Below the pieces are notes generated by a model. That model was not told the DNA's origin and ran no database searches. It saw only the letters and a list, made by a program, of their open reading frames with translations. A program made the position numbers and the translations under genes. Source: Amoebidium appalachense (Eukaryota > Protista > Ichthyosporea). Taken from it: 64,000 bases of DNA. Each line of letters begins with the position of its first letter. Position 1 is the first letter of the stretch. Of the stretch, positions 26,633 to 38,138 are shown in pieces. The stretch lies in NCBI GenBank assembly GCA_963693365.1, contig CAVNZM010000023.1, forward strand, positions 9,077 to 73,076, in the 5' to 3' direction.

Positions 26633-27943
26633 TCACTCGATCTTCCACCGAAAAACCTGAAAGATACTCCCTCCATCGGCGGTCACGTGTGCCCCCAAAA
26701 CAACGAATCGACTGGCGACACTCATGGTCAGCGCGTGCACGACACCATCCAGAAACACGCGATGCTGGCTGACAAGACGCACCACATCGTCAGCGCCGAC
26801 TTCGTATATCAGCACATCGCTATCCCCTCTACTGAAACCCAGGCGACCAACATACAATCGGTCGCCCCCGCGGCACAACACCGTCCTCTCGTACATATCC
26901 ACCCAACAAGTACATAACGCACGCTTGGCAAAGTATCGATGTGTGGGCTCGAGGGGTGCCTTTGAACAGAATGCACACCCGACTTCATCACCGCACCAAT
27001 GAGGTCTACAAGTCGTCAGCATATCCACTCTGCATTCCCCAAGAAGTCGGCCGTCCCGCAGACCGATCGCGTCCACCACCGCGAGCGTCCCGTCCTCACC
27101 TGGCGCATGATTGTGGTACAGAACACGGATATCGACACTCGACACCGACAACACCCCCATCGCGCCCATCCACCCACCCAGACAGACACTCCAGTTCCGC
27201 GCACCCGTGACCCAATCAACCGACACAACAAACGTCGATCCTCGCTCTCCCCGACACAACACAACAAGTGAGTCGCCCACAGAACACGGATGCTCGGAGA
27301 CCACATGTCGGTCCATCGACCAAAGCGGCAACCCGGGTCCTTTCCCAGCCCCGGCAGTACCGGTCCCATATCCCCGGAGCTGCGGACAGGCCCAGTCACC
27401 CAGATCTGGGCTGCTGTGGATCAAAAATACCACGACCCCGTGGCGACCGCTGTATCCAACGAGACGCGCACCGGTTACATCGAACGGCAGCAAGACGTCC
27501 AGCGCGAGTATGTCACCCGACGCGGCCCCAACCCGCCTATCCGCGTTTGCACTGCCCGGTGACGCGCGCAGCAACGCTGATTGGCCAACGCCAGGTTCCG
27601 CGCGATGGCGATTAACCAACGAGATTGTACATTTGCCCCACACAACAAACGTCGGATAATCGACTACCAGCACGACGTACGCTGTGGTCAACTCGCAAAA
27701 CCGCGCCAGACCAGCGCTCGCGAAGCCAACGGGGCCCGTCTCAAGGCTCCACCTCTCGACACCCCCAAATGGATTGTAGGCACGGGGTCGGGCTAGGAAC
27801 ACGGAGGCTCCTTCGACAGGATGGTTGAAAAAGCACAGCGGCACACAACTCGCCCCGGTCGTCGCAAAACGCATCTTGGGGTTCACACGGACAAATCCAA
27901 CCAATGATCGAAACGTCGGGCTCGCGGTCGATGACATCGTCAT
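26633..27943 (-). CDS. Hypothetical beta-rich viral protein, 436 aa
   Basis: Long ATG ORF, Val/Gly-rich; no family recognised. Confidence 0.65.
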   Translation of the reverse strand: MTMSSTASPTFRSLVGFVRVNPKMRFATTGASCVPLCFFNHPVEGASVFLARPRAYNPFGGVERWSLETGPVGFASAGLARFCELTTAYVVLVVDYPTFVVWGKCTISLVNRHRAEPGVGQSALLRASPGSANADRRVGAASGDILALDVLLPFDVTGARLVGYSGRHGVVVFLIHSSPDLGDWACPQLRGYGTGTAGAGKGPGLPLWSMDRHVVSEHPCSVGDSLVVLCRGERGSTFVVSVDWVTGARNWSVCLGGWMGAMGVLSVSSVDIRVLYHNHAPGEDGTLAVVDAIGLRDGRLLGECRVDMLTTCRPHWCGDEVGCAFCSKAPLEPTHRYFAKRALCTCWVDMYERTVLCRGGDRLYVGRLGFSRGDSDVLIYEVGADDVVRLVSQHRVFLDGVVHALTMSVASRFVVLGAHVTADGGSIFQVFRWKIE

Positions 27944-28066
27944 TTATAATCGTCGATGACGCAAGCAGAACAAGACTCGATGACGCAAGCAGAACCAAGA
28001 CTCGATGACGTAGGCACCACGACATCGCCGAAAACACCACAAAATATTATGTGTGTGTAATAGCAA

Positions 28067-28492
28067 ATGGGAAAACCAAACACCGAGATCTCCAATGTAG
28101 AGAGCTTGAAGGGCGTTTTGCGTGACTATGCAACCCTCCACGCACAGATCAAGGAGCACGCGGCACAGACAAAACCTGTTACCAAGAAAATGAATACTAT
28201 AAAGAAGGCAATTCTGAAGTACATGTCGTCTGGAAATGTCAGGTCACTCGAGCTTCCCACGAAAGACCTTCTGATTCTTCAAGAATCAATCAAAAAGCCA
28301 CAACTAAGCGAACAGTATCTCCGCCGTCAGCTTGAAACGTACTTCAAGGACACGAAAAAGGCCAACGACCTGGTATCCTTCCTGACTGCCATACCGGACA
28401 AAGACCTCGCCACAAAGCAATCACTCAAACACGTCGACAAGGACAACTATATAGAAACAGATTCCATCCTCGACGACGGCGACTCGGAGTAG
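28067..28492 (+). CDS. NCLDV conserved coiled-coil protein (DUF5760-like), 141 aa
   Basis: Pattern LRDYATLHAQIK...KKAILKYM...KKPQLSEQYLRRQLETYF resembles this giant-virus family (recognised by eye). AATAAA follows the stop. Confidence 0.65.
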   Translation: MGKPNTEISNVESLKGVLRDYATLHAQIKEHAAQTKPVTKKMNTIKKAILKYMSSGNVRSLELPTKDLLILQESIKKPQLSEQYLRRQLETYFKDTKKANDLVSFLTAIPDKDLATKQSLKHVDKDNYIETDSILDDGDSE

Positions 28493-28947
28493 AACGTCCG
28501 ACCCGAGAGACTCAATAAAGCAAAACAACATACCGATGCATCTTCCAACGTGATACGATTGAGCAACCAATCACAGCACGGGAATCTTTTAGCCCAAAAC
28601 ACTTGCATGACGTCTAGCCAATTAAAATAACAGAAAAGCAATTTGTAGATATATGACCAGTGGTTGAAGATCAGCGATCCAACAAGTCAAGAAAAATGCG
28701 AGACATTTCGACAAACCAATCATTAATGACACATGGCAACAGCCCATTTGTTGGCTGAATATCATCCAATCACCGATTTCCTATCGAAATAACGATTGGT
28801 TGTTGGTTCATCGGAAGTGAACGATTGGCTGCGCGACTCTTTGATAAAGAAAAAAACGTACAAAACCCAGCCCTGGCCAAATAAGCTGCCACAATGTACT
28901 AAATCGCTAGGCCGAAAATGCGTAAGAATTCGTAGACTCCGCGAGAT

Positions 28948-31381
28948 ATGGACCGAGCACAGTTTGCATGCTTATTGCGCCTGTACGCCCCAGGCACTAT
29001 TGGAGTCAGAGTTGGTGAAGATCGATATTTTGAGGCAGCGTTAGTGACGAGGGGAGATGATGTGTTTTTGGATGTGACTATAGATAAATCGTGCGCGTTG
29101 GGCGAGTGCACAGAAGACCACAACCACGTTTGTGTACCTTCTACAAAAACAGGACCAAATACGCCGTTCCACCATTTCATTCACGTTGCTTCACATTCTT
29201 CATCGCGCACACAGCCAGATGAACACATCACGACACCTTCGCTTTCTGATTTCCTCCGCCTGAGAAAAACAGCCGGGATACTAAGGCATGTAGCCGATGA
29301 GTTGAAAGTCCTCTATGTTGAACCTTTAACGGCTACACGTTTGACCGGTGTGAACACGTGGGTTTATCCGTGTTCATTGGCAACATTTTTGCAACGTTTT
29401 ACACCCGGAAAGACTTTCCGCCCTTCGATGACAATTCAGCCCCAGGACATAGATTGGTTGGCGATTGAAAGTTTCGAGTGGTTGCTCCCACAAGAGGAAG
29501 TGATTGATTTTCCTGTAGATTGGTTTCCCGATATCAATCTTCCACCCGCGACAGCACCGTCCTCTGCATCCCCGTTCGATCTTCCACCCCTGACAGCACC
29601 GTCCTCTGCATCCCCGGCAGCTCCCACCACGGGACCCCAAACCACGACCGGCGGCACCAAAAACAGACCAATTCTACCCAACACTCTCGACCCTCGGCAA
29701 TTCGGGTTTCAGCCACAACCAATGACACGGCCTCTGCAGGCCTCTCCACAGCCTATACCATTTGCACAGCCACGACTCTTCTCTCCTGGGGCACACACGG
29801 GGCAACACCAACCATTTTCCACGACCGGACTGTTCCATTCGCCTGCTGGGGCCCAGCAACAGAAACAGCTGCAGAGTCAGCGGCGAGGGGAGGCGCGAAA
29901 TAACCGAGAGAGCGCAAGGTTGGATCGAGAAATGGAGCGAAAGAAGCGAAAGGATCGAGAGGACAACAAGAGAGAGAAGGAGCGAGAGAAGGAGCGAGAG
30001 AAGGAGCGAGAGATGGAACGAGAGAAGGAGCGAGAGAAGGAGCGAGAGAAGAAGGAGCGAGAGAAGGAGCGAGAGAAGGAGCGAGAGATGGAACGAGAGA
30101 AGGAGCGAGAGATGGAGCGAGAGAAGAAGGAGCGAGAGAAGGAGCGAGAGAAGAAGGAGCGAGAGAAGAAGGAGCGAGAGATGGAGCGAGAGAAGAAGGA
30201 GCGAGAGAAGGAGCAAGCGGAGGGAGCGAGTGCGAGAGAAGGAGCGAGAGATGGAGCGAGAGAAGGAGCAAGCGGAGGAGCGAGAGAAGGAGCAAGCGGA
30301 GGAGCGAGTGCGAGAGAAGGAGCGAGAGAAGAAGGAGCGGGCGGAGGAGCGAGAGAAGGAGCAAGCGGAGGAGCGAGTGCGAGAGAAGGAACGAGAGATG
30401 GAGCGAGCGGAGGAGCGAGAGAAGGAGAGAGAGGAGCAAGTGCGAGAGGAGCGAGATTTGGAACGAGATCCACAGAACGAGGGAACGGAGCGAGATGAGC
30501 GTGAAGAGAACAAGGGAGCGGAGCGAGAGTTCGAACGAGAACGAGAGACTGAGAAGGAGCGAGCGGAGGAGCAGGAGCAAGACGTTAGACGGCCCGCGCG
30601 CCTCGCACTCCCACCCTCAGCCGACCCCTTGAGCGACCTATCCGGTCTACTCGGCGGCGACTCCGTGGCCACTATGGAGGTGGTTTCCACCGTCACGCGC
30701 CTCGTCGGCATGGTTTCGGAGCGGCACCGCGCGCAGATCGTTAAGCTCGAGCAGGAAAGCGCGACGCTGAAGCAAAATTTGAAGATCGCAGTCGTGGGAG
30801 GAAAAGAGACGAGGGAAAAATTAGACAAGCTTAGCGCGGAGAAGGACGCGAAGATCGAGGAGCTCACACGTCGTAACAACGCGGACTCGACAACGATCAA
30901 CGGCCTCGAAGAGAAAGTTCGCAAACTCGAAGCCGAAAATACGAAATGGAAGGAGACCAAGGAAACGGAGCGAAAACGCCTCGAGCGGGAAATTAAAGAA
31001 CTCGAGACGGAACTCGCTGGCCAGATAGGGAAGGTGGCCAAACTCACACGGGAGCTTTCAAAGACCACACAGAACTATGAGACTGAACATAACAAGAACC
31101 AGAAATGGGAATCGAAATGGGAATCCTATTATTCGAGGATTGCCGAACTGGTCAAGGAAAAAGAAGACCTGGAAAAAGACATAGAATCTCGCATCGAGGC
31201 TGGGGTCGGCGCCCGGTTGAAGGGTTTAATGGAAGTGTTCGAGTCGCAATCCGCCCAGAAAAGGCGGAGGTCGGAGGCGGACGATGGCGACGGGCGGGAC
31301 GAAGAAACACCTCGCAGACGCCATCGCGCCGACGGCCCCGGCAACGACGAGCCCCCCTCCAACGCGGCCGCGGCCTTGTAG
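28948..31381 (+). CDS. Large viral protein (~810 aa) with EKER charged repeats and C-terminal coiled coil; +1 frameshift at ~30222
   Basis: ORF 28948 joins the 29762-31381 frame. The repeat unit gcggaggagcga reads gcggagggagcga at 30217-30229 (one extra G). Confidence 0.75.
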
Positions 31382-31383
31382 AC

Positions 31384-31620
31384 TTACACACGGGAAATGT
31401 TGTAGTGTAGGGGGTACTCGTAGCTTGTGATGTCCCACCCGTTTTTGGTTGTCATGGTCGGTATGCCGGTCACATAGTCAAGTACACGATAGGATGGTTC
31501 CCATATGCGTTTTAGATGTTTCTTTTGGACTTTGTACTTTTTTCGTGCGTTTCGGAGCTTTCGGCGGTAGATCCGTTTGTCTCTTCTACAGTACCGTCCC
31601 TTGACATACTTGGGCTTCAT
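31384..31620 (-). CDS. Small basic hypothetical protein
   Basis: MKPKYVKGRYCRRDKRIYRRKLRNARKK..., very Lys/Arg-rich; start uncertain. Confidence 0.4.
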   Translation of the reverse strand: MKPKYVKGRYCRRDKRIYRRKLRNARKKYKVQKKHLKRIWEPSYRVLDYVTGIPTMTTKNGWDITSYEYPLHYNISRV

Positions 31621-31879
31621 TGTATAATATATTAACCATAAAGCAGTCATGGTGTCACTGGATCCGTTTTCACCCACCATACAGGCACCTGGCCACCCGG
31701 ACCAGCACACTTGCACAAAAAAACAAAATTTCAAATTGATAAAGCGGTACCTGTTGATGCTCTATCTTACCGTACACCCCTTTGTCGTATATATACTGCC
31801 GATGCCGCTACTGCGACTGATGGCCGGGGCTGGGGTGTAGTCGGTGGACTGTGTCCATCTACACACATCGCCGTGCAAG

Positions 31880-32536
31880 TTATATAAAGTCGGGAATGTG
31901 ACAAATCGCCGTGTCTTGGTCCTCTGTCTCCCATCCCTGCAGCTCGTGGTCTGCGCGTATGTCTAACACTTTGGCCTGAAAACTCATTAATGTCTTGCCG
32001 TGCTTGGCCCACCACTCCTTGTCCCGCGGGATCTCGTCGATGCGCAGCGACCCGTCGCGCGGGTCGAACTGCACAAAGTCCGCGACCTCCAGCCCCAGCA
32101 CAAACAGCTGTGTCTGCACCTGCGCCACATAGTGCTCGGGGATCGGCTGTCCGTCCATGAACTTGCGCTTGTACGGCACCTTGATCTCCACCGCGCGCCC
32201 GCACAGCGTCACCCGGTCCGGGCTCGCCCCCAGCCACCGGTGCTCCGCGTGCCGGATCAGCCCCAGCTCGATGCACGAGCGCCCCGTCGCGCGCATGTAC
32301 GCGTCCGCCGCGTTGGCCTCGTGCTTGTGTCCGAATGCCACGAACACGGGGTCCACGACCCGCCGCTTCAGCCCGGACTTGTGCTCGATCAACTCGCGGC
32401 GGGACTCATAGGGATTCACACCCAGCGCGGCGCCCACGTCCGAGGCCGTGAGCATGCATGCGCGCGCGCGCAGCCACGCCGCGCTGCCCTGCGGGTACGG
32501 CACTTCGTGCTGTTGGATGCGAGTGATGAAGTCCAT
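31880..32536 (-). CDS. YqaJ-like viral recombinase / lambda-type exonuclease
   Basis: QGSAAWLRAR..LTASDVGAALG, FGHKHE, WLGASPDRV, VEIKVP and HYVAQVQTQL motifs; TATAAAA 36 nt upstream of ATG 32536. Confidence 0.92.
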   Translation of the reverse strand: MDFITRIQQHEVPYPQGSAAWLRARACMLTASDVGAALGVNPYESRRELIEHKSGLKRRVVDPVFVAFGHKHEANAADAYMRATGRSCIELGLIRHAEHRWLGASPDRVTLCGRAVEIKVPYKRKFMDGQPIPEHYVAQVQTQLFVLGLEVADFVQFDPRDGSLRIDEIPRDKEWWAKHGKTLMSFQAKVLDIRADHELQGWETEDQDTAICHIPDFI

Positions 32537-32733
32537 TCTGCGGACATCTCTCGTGCGAGTCGGGTTTTTATATGCGCAATTTGGATGCAAACCAACTGGC
32601 AATCACTCATCTTGAGTGATTGCTTGAGTGATTCGTGATCTTCAAAGATGATGCGAAGTAGACGGTTTTATAGGTGCGGTTCGTGAACACAGAAGTCCTT
32701 GACTGGTTCACGGACATCCAGATACATCCAGAA

Positions 32734-34125
32734 TCAGACAAAGCGGATGTCGTCGTCCCCGTACACCTCCTTGAACGCGTTTGACACGCGCACGTAGTCC
32801 GCCGCGAACATCTCGCGCTTGTTGCCCACCATCACGCGCACCTGCTTGAGCTGGTTCTGCACCAGCTTTTCGAACTGCTCCGCCTCGTTCTTGTTGCGGT
32901 GGGGCATACATATGATGATGAGCTCCTTCATGTCGTGGGACCACAGGTCATACTTGTAGCGCTGGAAAAGCGAGTTGCCCGTGTGCCCGATCTTAATGTA
33001 GCCGTCGATGTGCAGCGCATACACACACGCCCCACCGGCCGCCTTGAGCGACCAGTCGAAGTTCAGCTGCCGCCAGGCCACGAAGTGCACGTCCAGACCC
33101 TTGAGCTCGGCCTTCATCTCGCGCACTGCCTTCACCATGGCAAGCGTCGAGTCGATGCCCCGCTGGATCGTGTCCTGCTTGGCCCGCTCCTGTCGCTCTA
33201 CCTCCTCCGCGCGCTTGACCGCCGCGAGTGCCTCGGGGCAGTAGTTGGTGCAGATGTCGCGGTGCGCGGTGGTGATGAACTTGTTGAGTTGCTCGAGCGC
33301 GGTGTCGAAATCCACTCCCGGCTTGAACCAAATGCCCGGTTCCAGCATCGCGTCCAGCGGGTTGCGCTTGGCCACCTGCTGCTCCCCGTCGTCTTCGCGC
33401 TCACGCTTGCCCGCGCGCGGGCCCTCCGCGTCCGCGGCCTCCATGTCAATGTGCACGGACTTGGTCTTGGCCCCGTCGCCGCGTCCTTGGTCGGCGATGC
33501 GCACCAGGTCCGCGAAGTAGTCCATCTGGCCCAGGTGCGACTTGACCATCACGTTGTCCCAGAAGTCCCGCAGCGCGGGAAAGCAGTAGCGCAGAAACGG
33601 CGCGGTCAGCTCGAACGCGAACCAGGTCCCGCGGTACATCTCGATGGCGGGTATCAGACCGTGCGTTGCGAAGGCGTAGGCGACAGAGCCATCGGTGTGG
33701 GATATTGCGGGTAGCTTCTTGATCCGCGAAAACGCGCTTTGAACAAGCACCCGGGACGAACTTGGAGCCACGTCCAAGTTCCCTCCTTCCAGATCCATCG
33801 TCTCCACATTCATCCGAGTCAACTCCAACACCCGATCAACCGTGTCCTGATTATGCCTAACCCAATTAACAGGATTCTTCCATGTTCCGCCCGCCTCCTT
33901 GCTCCCTAGCGACGCGGAGTACCCCGCGTTGAAGAACACGTGCCCGTCGAACTTCGTCAGGTACGTCAGCACCTTCTCCCCGTCCGGCGCGAAGAACGGG
34001 CGCACGCCGGGCCACGCGGGCACCGACGACGTGTCCACGCGCGACTCGTGGCCCGCGGGCGGGCGCCAGTCGGGGCCAAGAGGGGTGGGAGAGTAAGAGG
34101 GTGGGGGAGACGTGTTTGAAGTCAT
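32734..34125 (-). CDS. KilA-N-like DNA-binding protein with C-terminal T5orf172/GIY-YIG-like domain, 463 aa
   Basis: N-terminal DGHVFFNA...NWVR...RGTWF (KilA-N pattern); C-terminal CVYALHIDGYIKIGHTG...EKLVQNQLK...REMF. Confidence 0.75.
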   Translation of the reverse strand: MTSNTSPPPSYSPTPLGPDWRPPAGHESRVDTSSVPAWPGVRPFFAPDGEKVLTYLTKFDGHVFFNAGYSASLGSKEAGGTWKNPVNWVRHNQDTVDRVLELTRMNVETMDLEGGNLDVAPSSSRVLVQSAFSRIKKLPAISHTDGSVAYAFATHGLIPAIEMYRGTWFAFELTAPFLRYCFPALRDFWDNVMVKSHLGQMDYFADLVRIADQGRGDGAKTKSVHIDMEAADAEGPRAGKREREDDGEQQVAKRNPLDAMLEPGIWFKPGVDFDTALEQLNKFITTAHRDICTNYCPEALAAVKRAEEVERQERAKQDTIQRGIDSTLAMVKAVREMKAELKGLDVHFVAWRQLNFDWSLKAAGGACVYALHIDGYIKIGHTGNSLFQRYKYDLWSHDMKELIIICMPHRNKNEAEQFEKLVQNQLKQVRVMVGNKREMFAADYVRVSNAFKEVYGDDDIRFV

Positions 34126-34414
34126 TTCAGAGTAAGACTGCGATTTTATTTTGCGCGCGGCGCCTTTTGTACCCGGCCAGCGGGAGGGTGCAACACATCC
34201 ACTTCACTCGAACTGATGGTCTGGTTAACCATTTCAAAGGCCTCAATTTGAGGCATTTGGCTGCCAAGTTACCCAGTGCCTAGCAAAATCACAACCGGTC
34301 ACATTGACCGATTGCAGGCTGCGGGTTACGGCACACACACACACACAACCAAAATGGCTATCGATCGATCACATTGATCGATTGCCAATTGCTTACCAAA
34401 ATACACACCCGGGT

Positions 34415-35890
34415 TCAAACGCCGTCGATGGGCACAAAATCCAATTCCGGCAGCACCTGCTCCTGGTAGTAACGACCAAGGGCGTAATCCTTGCCCTCGC
34501 GGGTGTCGTGGACGTACCATTTCGGAACCTCGGGTCCCCACAAGCTGGTTGGGTTCAGCTCCGCATCCCTGTGCTGTTGGAGTGCGTGTGCGAACCCGGG
34601 GGGCATCGCTTCGCCGCGCCGCCAATCAATATTGATCTTGAATGCAAATAGCTCTATGTAGCCCGGGGTGTATTCCATGTCATCGTCAAACTTTGTAAAC
34701 GCGGGGAGAACAGTATTTGCCGCCGACAGGAAATCCCGCACTGCCAGTGGCTTGGGCTGTCTTTCGATCAGCCCTTTGAGCTCTCCGGCAAAGCTGTCTG
34801 TCCCCGAGGGTGACTGAAAAATCTCCCGAATGCGCCGAGACATTGGCGCCATCGCAGCCTGCTTGATTAGATTGAGGATGTCCGATGTGGAATACGACTT
34901 GAGAAACATCCAGTACGCCAACTTCTGCAGGGCCTCTCGCGGGGTGTGAACCCCGTCATTGACTACTAGCAGCGTTGGGTCGACGCTCAGGGGATACTCC
35001 GCTTGGAACTCTTCCAATTTTTCCAATATCAGTTCGAGGATGTCGATCGGTAGCGGCAGGTCAACAAACACGCGAACGGGAAATCGCCTCAGAATCGCCC
35101 GGTCCAGGTCGAACGGCAGGTTTGTCGCGGCCACGTACAGCATATGGTCATTGTTCTTGCGCAGCCCGTCGTACTCCGAAAGAAACTGGTTTGTGATCTT
35201 GTACGAGTTGCCCGACCCGCTCGCACTGTTGCGGTTTCGGGAGCCCAGTATCGACTCGGCCTCGTCCAGAAACATGACAGTGGGACGCAGGCACCTTGCG
35301 AGCGAAAACACCGCCTGCACCGCCTTCTCCGAGTTGCCCTCCCACTTTGAGTTGAGCACAGCGGACGACACGTTCATAAACGTCGACCTGCCCACCTGCG
35401 CCAACTTGCTGGCAATAAACGTCTTGCCGGTCCCGGGTGGACCAAACATCAGAATTCCCCGCCCAGGCGTTCGCAGGCTGCGGAACAGTTCGGGGACAAA
35501 CCGTGGAACAATAACGGTTTCCAAAAGCTTCTGCTTCGCCTCCTTCAGCCCATTAATGTTCATAAACTCTGCCAGGTCCTCGTCGCGTGGCTCGAGGCCT
35601 TCACCGTCGGGCGGGAAGACGATCTGTCTGATTGGGGTCGTGATCTCGCGGTTTTCTACGTCGTTGTGGATACTGGCAAAGATATCGCAGTTGGTCATGT
35701 AGTCCTTGTACAGCGCGTCCCTTTGCTCCGGTGTCAACTTGCTTGAAGCCCCCACCGCGTCCGCACGGTCCCTTGCACGGTCGGCGGTCAGCTGCCAAAT
35801 CCCGGAGAACCATGAGGTGAGCGGGTCATCGTCCTCCGGTTCCTCCGTTCTGGGGCGTTTCGGGGGTCTGCCGCGCGGGCGTGAACTCAT
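34415..35890 (-). CDS. AAA+ ATPase of the Vps4/katanin/spastin (meiotic) clade with N-terminal AT-hook-like motif
   Basis: GILMFGPPGTGKT (Walker A), SKWEGNSEK (pore loop), MFLDEAE (Walker B), ATNLPFDLDRAILRRF (SRH). Probable start ATG 35890 (MSSRPRGRPPKRPR). Confidence 0.9.
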   Translation of the reverse strand: MSSRPRGRPPKRPRTEEPEDDDPLTSWFSGIWQLTADRARDRADAVGASSKLTPEQRDALYKDYMTNCDIFASIHNDVENREITTPIRQIVFPPDGEGLEPRDEDLAEFMNINGLKEAKQKLLETVIVPRFVPELFRSLRTPGRGILMFGPPGTGKTFIASKLAQVGRSTFMNVSSAVLNSKWEGNSEKAVQAVFSLARCLRPTVMFLDEAESILGSRNRNSASGSGNSYKITNQFLSEYDGLRKNNDHMLYVAATNLPFDLDRAILRRFPVRVFVDLPLPIDILELILEKLEEFQAEYPLSVDPTLLVVNDGVHTPREALQKLAYWMFLKSYSTSDILNLIKQAAMAPMSRRIREIFQSPSGTDSFAGELKGLIERQPKPLAVRDFLSAANTVLPAFTKFDDDMEYTPGYIELFAFKINIDWRRGEAMPPGFAHALQQHRDAELNPTSLWGPEVPKWYVHDTREGKDYALGRYYQEQVLPELDFVPIDGV

Positions 35891-36558
35891 TGCTCCTCGA
35901 CTACAAAATCGGAAGCGGCGGAGGCGCACACACAACCAAAATGGCCATCGGTCATATTGGTGGGTGGCTGCCCAAAACCCGGCGTGAAAATTCCCGCGCC
36001 GGGGCGGGGCGTGGGGGCATGCGTGGCACGCGTGGCACGCGTGGCTCGCCGGGCGGGCGGGCCTCCCAGGCCTCGCGGGCCTCGCGGGCCTCTCGGGGGT
36101 GGGCGGGGGCATTTGATTGGTGTATCGTGTTTTTGTGTCGTCTCTGAGTTGTCTCTGCTTCGTCTCTTAGCCATAAAATGCCGCATTTTCATTGGTTCCC
36201 AAGAATTCATAGACATTGTTTATTGTTTGTCTCTGTGTCTCTGGGTAAACAGCAATGTTGGTGATCAGGCTTGGGTGTCTTTATTTTCATATATAAAATT
36301 AACACGTGTAAGCGGCTAAGTGGTGTAAGTGCTGTTACACACATCACCCCCCAACCACCAAAAACACACCCCAACAGCCAATCAAAACACTTGAAATGCC
36401 TCTTATACTCGCCCCCCGCCGACTCAGAAGTTCTACTTATTCTACTTACACATATAAAATTCTAGTTACAAAAGTTACAAACATAGAAATGGTGCGATTT
36501 GATTGGCTGTTGGGGCGGGGTTACATCCACTTACACGTTACAGAACAGCCATTACACA

Positions 36559-38055
36559 TTACACACGGACGCCAATAAGCCGGCGGTCGATGGTATAGCA
36601 ACCAGCGACCCCAGATACTGCAGTGCAAGCCTCGGCCCCGAACTTTATGGCTGTAACTCGGGTGCTCTTCACCTTGCCGAGGATGGCCGTCATCGCGATG
36701 CCGAAGTCCCGCTGCACAGGCCTCTTGGACTTCTCGGGTGTGTTTTGGTCGAACCATATCTGGTATAGGCCGAATAGTGCACTGGGGGTGACTCTGTCGC
36801 CGTCTTCCAATAAAGGGGCACCATCACACCCGTTCTCGCGATGCAAGAGATCGTGCAGAAACTGCAGCTCCAATGGTCCACTGAGGTCCTGCAGCTCACG
36901 CTTGAGCGTTGTCATGGGGGGTGGTACCCTATTCGGGTCGGAAATGGGGGTACGCATGAGCCAGTGGTAAACATGCGCCAGGGCTGGGGCTCCGGGTTGG
37001 TACTTCTCGATAAGGGCGCGGAAGTACCTGTCGTCGCCAACTCGCTTGTCAGACACCTCCATGCAGGCGTACCGGCGGTCAGTACGGCTCACGGGAATTG
37101 GATGCTGCTCGTTGGACATCAAGATCCACCGTTCACATGACTTGACCTTGACCGCGTCGATGCCCTTAGACTCGTACGTCATCGTGTCGTCAGTAATGAG
37201 AGTCTTCAGATGGTTGGGGGTCCGGTGGCTCTTTCCGTAGGTGACCTCGTTGCACACAACTAACATCTTGAACGTTATGCCTATGTTGAACCGGGTGGCC
37301 AGGCGATCCTCCGTCTCCACCACACCGACCAGATCGTCGCCCAATACGTTTTGGATGATCTTCACGAACACGTTCTTGCCTGTGCCCTCGATGCTGCGCA
37401 TGAGCCAGGCCGATTCCGGTTTGCGCGCTGGAAACTGAAACATGTGCCCCAACCATTCGATGACATAGCGATATAGGCCGCCGTCTCCCGCACATATAAC
37501 CTCCTTTGCGTGATTCTTGAAGGGAGCGATGAGGGCCTCGTCGACCACAAAGGCGGGGTCGTAGATGAACTTGAATCCCGGAAAACTGTTGAATGCGCGA
37601 TTGTAGACGTCGGTGTAGGTAGGGTTACGCTCACCCGTTTTAGGGTCTGGGTCGCTCGGGTCAAAGACAATGCCTTTGTAGTACACCAGGATTCCATTCA
37701 CATCGTTGACGTATGTGGACCCCTTGTAGTAGTCAAGCTCCCCCTTTTCGTTGAAGTATTTGAATTCGTATTTGGACATCATGTCAATCGCCTTCTCCTT
37801 TGACCTGATCTGATGGACGAACCGACCGTCTTCAAAATGCTTCACGATATACACCTGGTCTTTGTTTGAGTAAGCGAGCAATGTCCGACAGAAAGTGTAC
37901 ACCTGGTCCATGTTCCAGATGTAATTGCCTATGTAGCTTGGAGGAATCCAGTTGTTGCAGGTGCCGGTGAGTCGTTCAAATTCCTCAAACGCAACACGGA
38001 GCCGTTCCCGATGAACATGGCACCCCAGCTCCAAATCCGAACGGATGGCCTCCAT
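36559..38055 (-). CDS. D5-like SF3 helicase (DUF5906/NrS-1 type), no evident primase domain, 498 aa
   Basis: WLGHMFQFP, SIEGTGKNVF (Walker A), LVVCNEV (Walker B), LKTLITD, ILMSNE (motif C), DRRYACMEVS. Confidence 0.88.
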   Translation of the reverse strand: MEAIRSDLELGCHVHRERLRVAFEEFERLTGTCNNWIPPSYIGNYIWNMDQVYTFCRTLLAYSNKDQVYIVKHFEDGRFVHQIRSKEKAIDMMSKYEFKYFNEKGELDYYKGSTYVNDVNGILVYYKGIVFDPSDPDPKTGERNPTYTDVYNRAFNSFPGFKFIYDPAFVVDEALIAPFKNHAKEVICAGDGGLYRYVIEWLGHMFQFPARKPESAWLMRSIEGTGKNVFVKIIQNVLGDDLVGVVETEDRLATRFNIGITFKMLVVCNEVTYGKSHRTPNHLKTLITDDTMTYESKGIDAVKVKSCERWILMSNEQHPIPVSRTDRRYACMEVSDKRVGDDRYFRALIEKYQPGAPALAHVYHWLMRTPISDPNRVPPPMTTLKRELQDLSGPLELQFLHDLLHRENGCDGAPLLEDGDRVTPSALFGLYQIWFDQNTPEKSKRPVQRDFGIAMTAILGKVKSTRVTAIKFGAEACTAVSGVAGCYTIDRRLIGVRV

Positions 38056-38138
38056 GATGTAAGAAGGCTGAGATTATATTTTGTTGGATCCCTTGGGCTT
38101 ACATATATACCTGTGGCCCGGCAAGGATTTCGGGATGC

